Below, piece by piece: positions 1 to 11,193 of a stretch of 32,993 nt of DNA. Each line of letters starts with the position of its first letter. The stretch's first letter is position 1. The position numbers and the translations under genes were made by a program. The DNA comes from Trichomonas gallinae (taxonomy: Eukaryota). Where the stretch lies: the NCBI GenBank assembly GCA_008369845.1, contig MRSU01011090.1, positions 1 through 32,993 on the forward strand, in the 5' to 3' direction. The notes below the pieces were generated by a model, which made no database searches, had not been told where the DNA came from, and worked only from the letters and a program-made list of their open reading frames with translations.

Positions 1-140
1 TTCTGTGCTCCAAAAAGACTTCAGTTCTAGGACCGTTATGATTTTAACGTCATTTCTATCGTCATTGGTACACCTCTCAATATAATATAGTTGTGAGCAT
101 AATAAAATTGAATGCTCATGAAATCCTGAAAAATATCAAA

Positions 141-2039
141 ATGTTTGTTTTCCTCTTAACCTCCTTTTCTTCCTCGGAAATCATTACATGTTTGCATGAT
201 TTCTATGAGAAAAAATCATTAAGAGAGAGGGAGCCCGAGCCGATTCGAAAACCACAAGAAACATATACACCAAGAGAACGAATTCCTTTTGATAGCCCAG
301 ATGCAAAGAAGTTTATACTAGAATTTCATTACGAATTTGGTAAATTAGATGCAGATAAACAAAATGTTGTAAGAGAAACATTTGAAAATGTGAAAATATT
401 CCTTGAACCAAAAATTAAGCTTTATAATGATGATTATGGACCACTATATGTTACAGTATATGGAGATGGTTATTTTCCAGATGGATCATCAGGCCTTGCT
501 TTTGCCAGTACAAAATCAAGATATGATACAATTACAGAAACAAATACAAAAATCACCAATAGACCTAAGACAGGTGCAATTACTCTTAATTCAAAGAAAC
601 TTCCTAGCAAATCTCAGAATATTACTTCGGGAGAAAGGCAATTCATTATGACTGTTATCCACGAGTTAAACCATATTTTATCATTTGCTTCAGATCATTT
701 TGGATATTATAAGGATAAAGATGGAAGCCAAGCGATGAAATACTATAATATAAAAAAAGAACAGATAACGGGTGATCCAATACCTAGAAAATTTTTTGCA
801 AATCATCAAAACGAGTTTGCACTCGCTTTCTTAAATACTCCAAATCTCACAAATTATGTGAGCCAGCGCTTTCATGCTAAGAAATACACCAATCTGGGTC
901 TTCCAATTGAAGATGGTGGTGACAGCGGCACAGCTGGTTCGCATCCTAATGAAAGGCTTTTCTTCACTGACCTTATGCAAGGTAGAACATACGGCCCAGG
1001 CTGGATAAGTCCTATACTTTATCACACACTCTGGGATTCAGGGTGGTACATTCCATCTACGGAATTAATAGAAGAATTGGTCTATCTTGATGATCAGTTG
1101 AACCCTAAAATTAGATTAACAGAAGATGTTTTATTAGAACCACCTCAAAAATCATTCCCAGTACAATATATGTGTGACTCTGAAGCTCTCAATGCCTGCT
1201 TCTATGATTACACATACGCAGGTGTCTGTAGTCTTGCAGAGTACGATGAAGCCTCTATGTCCCCTAAAGAATGGTACAATCCGAATAACAGAAATAAAGT
1301 CGGCACAGATAACGTTTTGGATTTTGCAAACATCATTTTGCCTTGGTACTCTTGCAGAGGAGAGTCAGGAAAGCAAACAAGAATATCCTATGATCCGGAT
1401 TTCGAAAAAGATACAACAAAGTATGGTGAATCTTTTAAAGATACCTCAACATGTGCTCTTTCAACATTGAAAAAGGGCATAACAAGTTCTATAATTGCCG
1501 AACCAAGATGCTATGAGGCATGGTGCGGCACAGACAAGAGAGTTAGACTCGTTGTAGATGATGGATCAGAATATTTATGCAAGAGAGACGGTGATTTGGC
1601 CAAATTCAAGAATTATTCAGGTGCAATCACATGCCCACCTGCTGGTGTTGTGTGCGCAAACAGAAAACTTCGGGAAATTTTCGGTGCAGCAGCATTATTC
1701 CCAGACAGAGGGCCAGTTAACGGACAAAACCTTGTTGCAATTACAGGAAACGAATTCAACAATTACGAAGATGTTAAAATTTTAATTGGAACTGTTCCTT
1801 GCGAAATCAAAATTTACAAGGACAACTATATCCTCTGCAAGCTCGACAAACCAAGTGAAGATAAGCAGAAAGAAATCCTTAAACAAGCAAGAAAAATTTT
1901 GGATCCTACACAAGAAAAAAGCAGCATTTATAGGAAGCTTAGTGTTTCTGCAATCAAAAAGTCCGATCACACAAATATTTCTAACTCTCTTGATGATATG
2001 TACGTTTTTACAAACAGAAAGTATGAAGGAGGGTCTTAG
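141..2039 (+). CDS. GP63/leishmanolysin-like zinc metallopeptidase (M8) with a C-terminal IPT/TIG-like domain
   Basis: First ATG at 141 (the track start at 93 is GTG) gives a short hydrophobic leader MFVFLLTSFSS. Cys-switch-like CLHD, HELNH zinc motif, EDGGDSGTAGSH third-ligand segment, TDLM Met-turn, DSGWY, Cys-rich C-terminal region, then PDRGPVNGQNLVAITGNEF (IPT-like). Confidence 0.9.
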   Translation: MFVFLLTSFSSSEIITCLHDFYEKKSLREREPEPIRKPQETYTPRERIPFDSPDAKKFILEFHYEFGKLDADKQNVVRETFENVKIFLEPKIKLYNDDYGPLYVTVYGDGYFPDGSSGLAFASTKSRYDTITETNTKITNRPKTGAITLNSKKLPSKSQNITSGERQFIMTVIHELNHILSFASDHFGYYKDKDGSQAMKYYNIKKEQITGDPIPRKFFANHQNEFALAFLNTPNLTNYVSQRFHAKKYTNLGLPIEDGGDSGTAGSHPNERLFFTDLMQGRTYGPGWISPILYHTLWDSGWYIPSTELIEELVYLDDQLNPKIRLTEDVLLEPPQKSFPVQYMCDSEALNACFYDYTYAGVCSLAEYDEASMSPKEWYNPNNRNKVGTDNVLDFANIILPWYSCRGESGKQTRISYDPDFEKDTTKYGESFKDTSTCALSTLKKGITSSIIAEPRCYEAWCGTDKRVRLVVDDGSEYLCKRDGDLAKFKNYSGAITCPPAGVVCANRKLREIFGAAALFPDRGPVNGQNLVAITGNEFNNYEDVKILIGTVPCEIKIYKDNYILCKLDKPSEDKQKEILKQARKILDPTQEKSSIYRKLSVSAIKKSDHTNISNSLDDMYVFTNRKYEGGS

Positions 2040-2657
2040 AGATTATTCAATAATTTATTATATCATTTATGAACCGCAAGTATCTCTAAAAAATGATTTT
2101 TATAACTTTCTATAATACACAATTCAGGAACAAAATTAAATTTGATGAAATTATATCCAAAATGTAGGGGGAAAAAAACTATAGTATTTTGTGAAGTTAT
2201 CAATGACCAGCTTCAGTTTTCAATGTGTGTGCATTCTAATGAACATTATTGAGTTTCAAAATATCAAACATTAGCAAAAAAACAATGTAATATTGGAGTA
2301 AGTTTTAAATTCGATGAGTATAGGATATATCTCATTAGAATATCATCTAATTCAAGAATAAAATCTTTCCAAAAAAATAAAACACAAAAGAAAGCTATAT
2401 TAATGATATAGCTTTTATAAATTATGAAAATGAACTAAATTTCATATACTGACCTTTCAATACAAGATAGAAATTTCATGTGAAAAATGAAAGCAAAATA
2501 TGACGTGATTTGTTAAAGAAATAAGATGTTTGCGAGGATTGTATTGGTTTGCATTCCAAATTTTGTAATAATTTTTGTTGAATTTCAAATTAATTGCTAA
2601 AAACATGCATTTTCAAGACAAAAAGAGAAAAATATGGTGTTAATGATATCAAAATAT

Positions 2658-4592
2658 TTAGAATTCATAGAGTCTGAGGAGCATTGCCTTAATAACGCGA
2701 GCTTCGAATGATACAGTCTGGTGCTCACGAGCTTCATTGGCGTCGATTGTCAAGTCGTTGATAGATTCAATCTTCTTACCGTTCTTGTCGACATTGTCAA
2801 GGAATTCGATAATCTTATTGAACATTGCGTCATCGAGAACGCATTGTCTGAGGGAAAGGCATCTGAGGAGCTCGAAAAGACATTTCTTGGCGTAGAACCA
2901 TGTATCTGCTGTAAGTTTTTCGTGCATTGGGTTGAAAGCCTTGAAAACGTAATCAATACCGAAATCGAAGTTCTTATTTGCGCAGTAGAGTGTACCAATA
3001 ACGAGATGGATGATAGAAAGGTGAATTAATTTAGCATCTTCATCTTCCTTCTTCTTTGCAGCTTCTTCTTCTGTAAGCTTGTTGATTAATGCATCTGCCT
3101 TCTGGTTTTGATCGATAACAACGTAAGAAACGCAAAGATTGGCAACAATAATTGCTTCTACGTCCAAAAGGTTAGGTTCGTAGATAACGAGCTGCTCGTA
3201 GTAATCGATAGCGTTCTTATACTTGCCAGGCTCCATGAAGAATGTGTGAGCGAGATTTAACTTCCATGTACGATGTTCGCCGCAGAAATCGATGTACTTG
3301 AGGAGGAGGACTTCAACGAGTTCGTAGCTGCCCATATCCCAGAAAATCTTGGCTTGAGACATCAAAACTGGAATTAAATCGTTTACGCCTGCCTCGAATT
3401 CCAGAGTGAGCTGTGTTTGCTGGACATCATCGTGTGTCTTGCGTGCTTCATCGACAGCCTTGTAAAGTCTGCGAAGGAAATCTGCTCTTTGTTTGCATAA
3501 ATCGTCGAATTTTCTGTAAGCTTCTTCTTTTGATGTTGCGCAGAGTAGTAAAGCGTCCAAGAAGTCAATCATCTGTGGATCCATTGACTGATGAGCTCTC
3601 TCTGTGTTTTCAGCGAGTAAATCTGCTGCGTATGTGTAGTATTCGAACTTGCAATAGCCGAGAAGAAGGTTTCTGAATGTTTCTGGTGGTGTTGGTTCCT
3701 GATTTAAGAGGAAAGAAAGCTTTGTAAAGGCAGATTGTGGATCGTCTTCCATATTAACGATAGCTGTGTTATGCAGAGTGACAGGATCGAGTTCTTCTTC
3801 GTTACGGCACGGTAATTCTTTAAGGGCGTCTTTAGCTTCCTTCTTGTGATGCTGATCAAATTCAATAGCGGAAGAAAGGTTGACACCTTCGACGAAGAAC
3901 GCGTCACGGGCCTTAGAAATCAATCCCTGGGCATCAAAGTCGACGGCATCGCCGACAACATTGCGAAGCAATTCTGGGTGCGCGCGGCCAGCCTGCGCCT
4001 TAATTTCAGCAATCATCTGGACGGCCTCTGTGATCCTGTTCAGTCTGTAGTAGCAGAGAGCGATGCAATAAGCGACTTCAGGCATAAATCCGTGAACTCT
4101 CTTAATTTCCATGTAAACCTCCAATGCCTGCTCGAACCTGTCCTCCTTGTAGAGGATGCACGCATTGTCAAGCATGACGTCGACATCTGTTTGGTCCGCT
4201 GTCGCGAGGCCAGATTTTGCGGATTGAATGTCCTCTTGAGCATAGCGAATAGCTGCTTGAAGGACGACGACCTGTGGCTTAAGTTCTGGATCCTGGACGC
4301 CAAATGAGACTCTCGCGGCTTCGTCGTATTGTTCGATTTTATATAAAGCGTTTGCGTGATGGAGTTTGTAGGAATCCTTTTGGGGATTCAATTCGACAAG
4401 TTTGCCGTACTCGGAGGCCGCTTTCTGGTAGTCTTCCATCTGCCAGGCGCAATATGCGATTAATGAGTGAATAGCGACGCAATCTTTGAAGTTAGACAGC
4501 TGAATCTCAAGCAGCCTGATAGCTTCCGTGTAGTTCTCGTCGCCGATAAGCGTGTAAATGTTTCGCGTGTGATTCTCTGTGGGATTATTCAT
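2658..4592 (-). CDS. IFT70: Intraflagellar transport protein IFT70 (TTC30/fleer/DYF-1), TPR protein
   Basis: YTLIGDENYTEAI N-terminus, EEELDPVTLHN, PPETFRNLLLGYCKFEYY, AIIVANLCVSY, DTWFYAKKC and C-terminal TVSFEAR all match TTC30 hallmarks. Confidence 0.93.
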   Translation of the reverse strand: MNNPTENHTRNIYTLIGDENYTEAIRLLEIQLSNFKDCVAIHSLIAYCAWQMEDYQKAASEYGKLVELNPQKDSYKLHHANALYKIEQYDEAARVSFGVQDPELKPQVVVLQAAIRYAQEDIQSAKSGLATADQTDVDVMLDNACILYKEDRFEQALEVYMEIKRVHGFMPEVAYCIALCYYRLNRITEAVQMIAEIKAQAGRAHPELLRNVVGDAVDFDAQGLISKARDAFFVEGVNLSSAIEFDQHHKKEAKDALKELPCRNEEELDPVTLHNTAIVNMEDDPQSAFTKLSFLLNQEPTPPETFRNLLLGYCKFEYYTYAADLLAENTERAHQSMDPQMIDFLDALLLCATSKEEAYRKFDDLCKQRADFLRRLYKAVDEARKTHDDVQQTQLTLEFEAGVNDLIPVLMSQAKIFWDMGSYELVEVLLLKYIDFCGEHRTWKLNLAHTFFMEPGKYKNAIDYYEQLVIYEPNLLDVEAIIVANLCVSYVVIDQNQKADALINKLTEEEAAKKKEDEDAKLIHLSIIHLVIGTLYCANKNFDFGIDYVFKAFNPMHEKLTADTWFYAKKCLFELLRCLSLRQCVLDDAMFNKIIEFLDNVDKNGKKIESINDLTIDANEAREHQTVSFEARVIKAMLLRLYEF

Positions 4593-5268
4593 GAAAAAAT
4601 ATAAATAATAACGTGCGCCATTTTTTATTTTGATATTTTTGGTTATTTTATATATACATTTAGAAAGCTATTTATATTTAACTTAATTTTTAGTTTTTGT
4701 TCGTTATAAATTTTTGATTTTATTATTTCGCTGATTTTGTTGATTATTTGGAATATATACATGAAAATATTTATTAATATGATGTTATTTTAAAAAATTG
4801 CCTTTTATTGATTTAAATTCTGATTATTTTAGCAATTTATTTTGTAATATAGTTAGATTTCATGATTCTAATTCGATATATCTCCAAATATTTTGTGTTT
4901 ATTCATTTTTGAGATAAAATTCGATTTATTTCGATCAATTTTGAATTTACAGACTCACAATTTTGGAATTAGGTTCTCTGTAAACACTACTTTATGATCT
5001 ATGTAGCCAAAATGCTTTAAAACCTGTTTTATTTTATTGTTTTTAACGAAAGATCAAAAATACACTATCAAATTTGTCAATTATTTTGGTGATTTTTAAA
5101 AAATGTTATAAAAATAAGGTTCTAAAAGAACAACAAAATAATGAAATCGATTTGGTTTTATGAATAAATCCTATTTGGCTTGTTAAAAACATGGACATTC
5201 GATAATATCAAATTTTGAATTTAAAAATATTGGAGAAATCGAGTGCAAAACAAGGACACATTATCATA

Positions 5269-6279
5269 TTGATAAAAATTCTTTGGGAATACTCATTAAC
5301 CTTAAGCCAAAATCAATGTAACAGTTTCTTCAAATTTCCATGAAGATTTTTTATTGCATAATAGCGAAGATCTTTGGAATTACTTTTATGACTGTTCTCC
5401 TACAAATGCTATTACTGATGGACTGCAATTCAAAACAAAAAAGGAAAATATTTTATTCATGATGCAGTTTTCACTGAACAAGTTAATATATGCATTCTTT
5501 TCGAAAATTCTACAAAATCCGACAAGCTTCTCGTTTCATCGACAAGTTTTTCCAAATTATCCGGAATTACACAAGGAATAGCATTAACATTCATTGGAGC
5601 AGGCGAATGCGTTCAATACTCTGTTACAAACGAATTCTCCAACTCAACTTTCGATGAACCACATTCACATACGGAAATATCTTCATTTTCATCCAAAAAC
5701 TTCCTTCTAGACTCATCGTTTTCATCTCTACACGGATATCTATCAGAAATTTGGAATTATTATGGAAAAACTATAATATCTGGGATAAATATTTCTAATT
5801 GCTATTCAAAGTTTAATTGTGCATGCTGCATTAACACTGGGAATGCCACATTCTCAAAAATTTATAATAACACATCACGTCATAGAATTTTTCATGCTGG
5901 ATCAGGAGATGTTACGATTAAACAATTTCAATTCATCAAGAACAATAATTCAAACGATAATATTGTTTTTCAAGACCACAATACAACAATAGTTGAAAAT
6001 TCAACATTCATTTCAAATAATGTTGGATTTTATTTTTATATTTTTTATGATGGCATAATAGACGTGTATAACTGCTATTTTAGCGATGCCAATATTGCTT
6101 ATGGGAATTCTAAGAATATTTCAGTTCATTCAACAATATCAATCGAATTTTCTCCAATTTTAGATTGCTACATCATGGAAAAGCAATATAACTCACAATG
6201 TGAGGATGATGCCACATTTATTCCTCGTGAACACGATTTTGATTTGTATTTTGCTATTTTCATGTCAACTTGTATATAA
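5269..6279 (+). pseudogene. Disrupted member of a beta-helix-like (pectin-lyase-fold/Pmp-like) membrane protein family; paralogue of 24915-25994
   Basis: Frame 1 is open from 5419 to 6279 with no upstream ATG (KYFIHDAVF...KLLVSSTSFSKLSGITQGIALTFIGAGECVQY...YFAIFMSTCI*). The N-terminal part (SEDLWNYFYD) lies in frame 2 and can join at the A6 run 5437-5442. TTG at 5269 directly after TCATA may be a lost start. Aligns by eye with the 24.9 kb protein. Confidence 0.75.
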
Positions 6280-6451
6280 ATAATAAAATATAAACATATA
6301 ACTTAGGATAGAAAGTTGATACTAACATTTTCTGAATAAGAAACGCAAATTTAAAATTTGCAATTATTAAATAATCATTTTTTAGACTTACCAATAAAAA
6401 TATATTTATATATTTTCTACACTGAATAAGATTAAACAAATAGAAGCAAAT

Positions 6452-7888
6452 TTATTCAAAAAATTCTGATGTAATTGTTATTCCAGAATCATCAGAGTTA
6501 TCACTGATGACGTCATCGACATCAAATGCCATACCAAGCTCATCTTCATCGTTCTGAACATTATCAACGAGAAGAAGATTTCTTCTCATCTGTTCTCTGT
6601 CGTCGTTGTGCATCTGATCCATGTTCTGCTCTTCAACTGGCTGTGCTGCAGCTGCCTGTGGAGCTCCTCTGCTCTTTTGTATTGTTTCTCTAACAAATTC
6701 AGCCTTTTTAGTCATTTCATCGAGATGCTGCAGTTTTACGGCAATAAACTCTCTGTCATTCTCAATATTGCCGTAGTGGATTGACTCTTGGTTGATAATC
6801 TCTGCACAGTTCGGCAGAGATTCTTTTAATTTTTCTGTTTCTTCGATAGACATGCCTTTGAAGAACGGATGCGCAAATACAGCGTGAAGTAGTTGAGATG
6901 GAAGAGTTTCGAGGCCTGGAACTGTGAGAATATGATTGGCAAGAAATTCGACGATAAATTCAGGTGGTCGTGGGAATGGATAAAGGGAATTGTAAATCTG
7001 TATGATATTTGATGGAGTCAACTGTTCGTAGTAGACTAAACCTGCAATTCTCGCAAGTTCTTCGTAACCTAAAATATTTGCAACAGTATAAACGTAATGG
7101 CAGTTCTCTTTCGTGATTTTGACAACAGAGCCGTATATAGCATCGTAAATCGGAGTGAAATCGCCAGGAAATTCGATCTTGAATTCTTTAATCGGCGGAT
7201 TAACGGTAATTCCTTTTCTGATTGTGTCGCATGTGAAAGCAGCAACCATTGATGAGCATGAGAAGTCTTTTTCTGGTGTTTTGAACACAAAATCATTAAA
7301 TTGTTCAACACCCTTCAAATTCTGGAAAGAAATCGGCAGTGGCGAAATGCGGACGTAGTGGAAGATCGGAGGAGGGAAAGGCCTGACAGCTGTCGGAATT
7401 CCAGAGATATTTAGTGTAAGTGAACACTCAAGACATGCACGCACGTATTTAGGGTTCGGAAATTCAGCAATACAGTATCCGTTATCGGTTTTGTCGGCAT
7501 TTTTAAGAATGATAATTTTAGGTGATGAAAATTGTTCGAGAACTTCCTCAATTTGGTGTCTCTTTATACTGACACCGATACCAAGAAGTATAATAGAGTT
7601 CCAAACAAGTTTATTTCCAATGACTGGCTCAATTTCAAGATAATATCCATTTAATACGATATCTAAATCATTTTCAATGATGTCGATGATTGGGTCTTGG
7701 CAGTCAAACTTGACGTATGCCATTTGGAATGAGTAATACGTATTTAAATATGATAAGTTGCATAAACTAACAGCCATGACGTTGCCATACTTGGAAAAGC
7801 AGTGCGAAACATCATCGGGGGTCACCTCAGTAGGAAGGTTTTTAACCAGAATCACGTTCTGGACCTCTTTTCCTAACTCTAGTGACAT
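6452..7888 (-). CDS. Two RRM domains plus BTB/POZ (BACK-like) domain, acidic tail
   Basis: RRM1: ILVKNLP...FSKYGNV...MAYVKF. RRM2: IILLGI...NGYCIAEF. BTB-like: NDFVFKTPEKDFSCSSMVAA...IYGSVVKITKENCHYVYTVANILGYEEL, followed by LTPSNIIQIY. Confidence 0.75.
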   Translation of the reverse strand: MSLELGKEVQNVILVKNLPTEVTPDDVSHCFSKYGNVMAVSLCNLSYLNTYYSFQMAYVKFDCQDPIIDIIENDLDIVLNGYYLEIEPVIGNKLVWNSIILLGIGVSIKRHQIEEVLEQFSSPKIIILKNADKTDNGYCIAEFPNPKYVRACLECSLTLNISGIPTAVRPFPPPIFHYVRISPLPISFQNLKGVEQFNDFVFKTPEKDFSCSSMVAAFTCDTIRKGITVNPPIKEFKIEFPGDFTPIYDAIYGSVVKITKENCHYVYTVANILGYEELARIAGLVYYEQLTPSNIIQIYNSLYPFPRPPEFIVEFLANHILTVPGLETLPSQLLHAVFAHPFFKGMSIEETEKLKESLPNCAEIINQESIHYGNIENDREFIAVKLQHLDEMTKKAEFVRETIQKSRGAPQAAAAQPVEEQNMDQMHNDDREQMRRNLLLVDNVQNDEDELGMAFDVDDVISDNSDDSGITITSEFFE

Positions 7889-8451
7889 TTTATTTTGCTT
7901 TCTATCGTTAAAATCTTTTCCTCAGGGAGTGAAACCTATGAACCCTCAATAAAATAAATTACATTTGTTACGTAAACTATTACATGGCAAATGTTACTTT
8001 ACAATAAGGTTAATTTAAACTAAAATATGATAAAATGAATCTATTCATTCCCCAATAAACCAAAATAGAGAATAGAGTTCGTTTTTGCTTAAAAACATTT
8101 TAACTAGCTTCCACATGAGATAGAGAGTAAGAAAACACTATTTTTTTTTGCGCTAAAAAACGGCCTTAGACAGGTTTTCAACATATTTGATGGATTAATC
8201 TGGAGATTGCATAGCTTTTATAAATGCATCATATATTTGATTTTCTATTTTATCATGTAAGTGATTATTTGGTAAGTCTTTTGCAACAAACCAGTTTTAA
8301 TACTTGCTTCAAATAATGATCATCATTTTTCAATAAAAAAATATCAGAATTAGATGCTGATATGGATGAATATTGAAGTTAAAATGCAATATAGAATGCA
8401 AGCTAAGATGCTGCAGAGTTTGAAAAAAAATACATAGATAATATTTTATAC

Positions 8452-11193
8452 TTACAAAGGTTGTAGCGGAGGCAAAACGTTGAGTGCTGATTTTCTTGCT
8501 CCTCTTGATGACTTTTGAGCTGTTTTTCTGTTAGCGATTTCATTCATATCGAAAGCAGGGAAGTTATCAGAGCTGAGATAGTCATCAATCTTTTGCTGAG
8601 CACTCTGTATCTTGTTATGCGATTTGACAAAAAGTGTCGGCTGAGAAGGTGCAAAGTTCTCTAGTATCAAATCTGTTTCCCTCTTCGACAATTTGATAAT
8701 TTGATCTGCAAAAGTGATATTTTTTGGCTGCGGCTTCTTGTACTCTTTTTCAGCCAGCTGTGAGATATAATTATCAACTTCTTTCTCATTTTGCTCGATT
8801 AGTTGTTGCTGATTTAGTTTTTCTTGCTGAATCTGATGCAAAATTCTTGATTTCGAAGCTTCAAACTTCGTAATCATCTGCTGCTTTTTCTTCTCGAATT
8901 CTTCTCTCATAGAGTCCATCTGGGTTTCGTTTTTCTGGTCAAAAACTGATAATTTCATGTCCATTTCTCTTGTTTCGTTCATTATTGGAGTATCTTTCAC
9001 TCTCCATTTGCTCTTCACTGAGCTCTTCTTGGAATCCAACGAATCTCTTCCTTTTTTGATAATTGTCATTAAAGATGTCATTTGAGAATCAAATTTCTTT
9101 TCCATTGCTGTTATTGGACTCTCGCTCATCTTGATTTCGAGGGCAAGCTCTGAATCTACTATTTGTGATGTGTTTTCTTCGTGTTTCTTCATCAGAGAGA
9201 TTTCTGAGATTCGAATTGCGGCTTCACCACCGACTTGCGCTGTAATAAGCTTCTGAAGCATAATGTCCAGCTGGTCCTTAGACTTAAATGGCATGGATGA
9301 AAGGAAAGATTTCTCATCTGAGTTGATTTGCGAAATTAAATCTGATAAAACTTTAGCAGGTCCTTTATTTTGCACGAAATTCTGTTTCATTTTCAGCTGT
9401 TCCTTGAGTTGGTTATCGAGAGCTTGTATTAATTTCTGTTGTTCTGCAATGAAATTTTGAATTTCGTGATCAATTGCTTTAAGTTCCTTTTTAAGCTTAT
9501 TCCTTTCCTCATTATAGCGCTTCATCATCTGTTCATCTGTTAATTGCTCTTCCTCTTCATTTTCTTCTTCTTCGTTTTCATTTTCTTCGATTTTTTTGTC
9601 TTTAATAGAAGCCATGAATTCATCTTTGTATTGCTGTATTTGCTGATCTCGTTTTTCTTGTTCTTCAGCTAATTTAGACTTGTTTATTAAAATTTTATGT
9701 TCAATTTCTTTTTTCAAGTTGTTTTTCTTATTTGTTTGCTCAGTTTTTATTTGCTTGGATAATGTTTCTAGCTGTGCGTTGCATTGTTCTGTTTTTTCTT
9801 CAATTTGTTTCTGATATTTTTCTTTTTTCTTCAAAATTCGATCATTTGGGTCTTCATCATCGCTATATTCCTCTTCTTCGCCATCATTTTCTGATTCATC
9901 TTTGTATTTCATGGCTTCTTCTATCATTTCTTCGCGATCTTTTAGAATTGTTTGCAAATCTTCCTCAAAACTTTGAAATCTTTGCTCAACTTTATCATAC
10001 ATAGTATTTTTAGACAATTTTTGATAATTCTTCTTCTGTTCGATTAAACAGCTTTCAAGAAAAGGCCCGATTTTGAGTAAATATGATTTTCTATTCGAAA
10101 TTATATCATTAATTGCATTTTTTTCTGCATCAAGTGCTGCAGAAAATACTTGTAGCCTCTGAGAATACATGTTCACTAGCTGATCATTCTCAGATTGCAA
10201 TGCAACGCAATGATTATTATATTCTTGCTGTTTTTGATACATTTTGTTATTAAATTCTGTATCCAAGTCATTCTTTTGGCGTTTGAGAAGGTCAATTTCT
10301 TCAGAATACTGCAATAAACTCGTTTGTCGAAGATCATCGAATTTTGATTTCATCATTTTGAAGTCTTTGTCCTCTGTTAAGAAACCAATTGACATATCAT
10401 TATGCGGCAAACTCGCATGAAGGTCTTGCATCACAGTTTGCAATTGTTTATAAAAAGGTGCAAGGATTTTCTTCTTGTTTTTCACGTGATTAACCATGAA
10501 TTGCCTTATAGTATTGACTGTTTCGTTTATTTCTGTAATTCTTCGCTTAAATTCTAATAACGTATTTTTATATTTTTGTATTTTTATGTCTTTTATCTTT
10601 CTTTTGTATAATTTAACATTGCCTTTGTGTTCGTCTGTCATATTTTTAATCCTATTTTGGCTGTCAATTTGAATTTTTTCGCAATCTGATTGAATTGATT
10701 TTAGTTTGTTATTTTTCTCGTTTACTTCTTGATTTGCTTGCAATGCTTGATTTACATCCTTTTGCATGTCTTGTAATGAAAAATTAGAAGCATTTTTTGT
10801 AAGATTGTTGAGAAAAGGTATAATCTGTTGAATAATTACTATTTGGCTCTGACATTCTTTCTCTATTGCATTCAAAACAGCCATTTTCTCGCTCTCTGAC
10901 TTCTGAAATTTGGATTTCATAGCTAAAAATCTTGATCCGTAGTAATCAGAAGCCTCTTGAATGCATTTTTTTCGAAATTGCACCAATTCCTTGTATATCT
11001 TTTTATTGCTGTTGGTAAATTTCTTTGTTATTGCCTCGCAATTCATGTCTTGGTAGAGAAATAATTGCCTCTCGTCTGCATATCTGTCCAAACGCGCATC
11101 TGTCAGCAAAACCAAGACATGCGCAAGCTGTGATATCTTCTTACATGAATTATGAGCGAAAGCGATTAAAAGCTCCCGCTCATCTTCATCCAT
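8452..11193 (-). CDS. Long coiled-coil protein with a FAM184-like N-terminus
   Basis: ATG at 11193 (MDEDERELL; the track start at 11259 is TTG). CKKISQLAHVLVLL resembles the FAM184 KKIAQLTKVIY motif. K/E/Q heptads throughout, with two Glu-rich inserts. Confidence 0.6.
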   Translation of the reverse strand: MDEDERELLIAFAHNSCKKISQLAHVLVLLTDARLDRYADERQLFLYQDMNCEAITKKFTNSNKKIYKELVQFRKKCIQEASDYYGSRFLAMKSKFQKSESEKMAVLNAIEKECQSQIVIIQQIIPFLNNLTKNASNFSLQDMQKDVNQALQANQEVNEKNNKLKSIQSDCEKIQIDSQNRIKNMTDEHKGNVKLYKRKIKDIKIQKYKNTLLEFKRRITEINETVNTIRQFMVNHVKNKKKILAPFYKQLQTVMQDLHASLPHNDMSIGFLTEDKDFKMMKSKFDDLRQTSLLQYSEEIDLLKRQKNDLDTEFNNKMYQKQQEYNNHCVALQSENDQLVNMYSQRLQVFSAALDAEKNAINDIISNRKSYLLKIGPFLESCLIEQKKNYQKLSKNTMYDKVEQRFQSFEEDLQTILKDREEMIEEAMKYKDESENDGEEEEYSDDEDPNDRILKKKEKYQKQIEEKTEQCNAQLETLSKQIKTEQTNKKNNLKKEIEHKILINKSKLAEEQEKRDQQIQQYKDEFMASIKDKKIEENENEEEENEEEEQLTDEQMMKRYNEERNKLKKELKAIDHEIQNFIAEQQKLIQALDNQLKEQLKMKQNFVQNKGPAKVLSDLISQINSDEKSFLSSMPFKSKDQLDIMLQKLITAQVGGEAAIRISEISLMKKHEENTSQIVDSELALEIKMSESPITAMEKKFDSQMTSLMTIIKKGRDSLDSKKSSVKSKWRVKDTPIMNETREMDMKLSVFDQKNETQMDSMREEFEKKKQQMITKFEASKSRILHQIQQEKLNQQQLIEQNEKEVDNYISQLAEKEYKKPQPKNITFADQIIKLSKRETDLILENFAPSQPTLFVKSHNKIQSAQQKIDDYLSSDNFPAFDMNEIANRKTAQKSSRGARKSALNVLPPLQPL

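Noticed and set aside
93..140. GTG/TTG starts in the ORF track (93, 11259, 16209, 24619, 28479, 32415)
   Set aside because: Eukaryotic locus; nearby in-frame ATGs were used instead.
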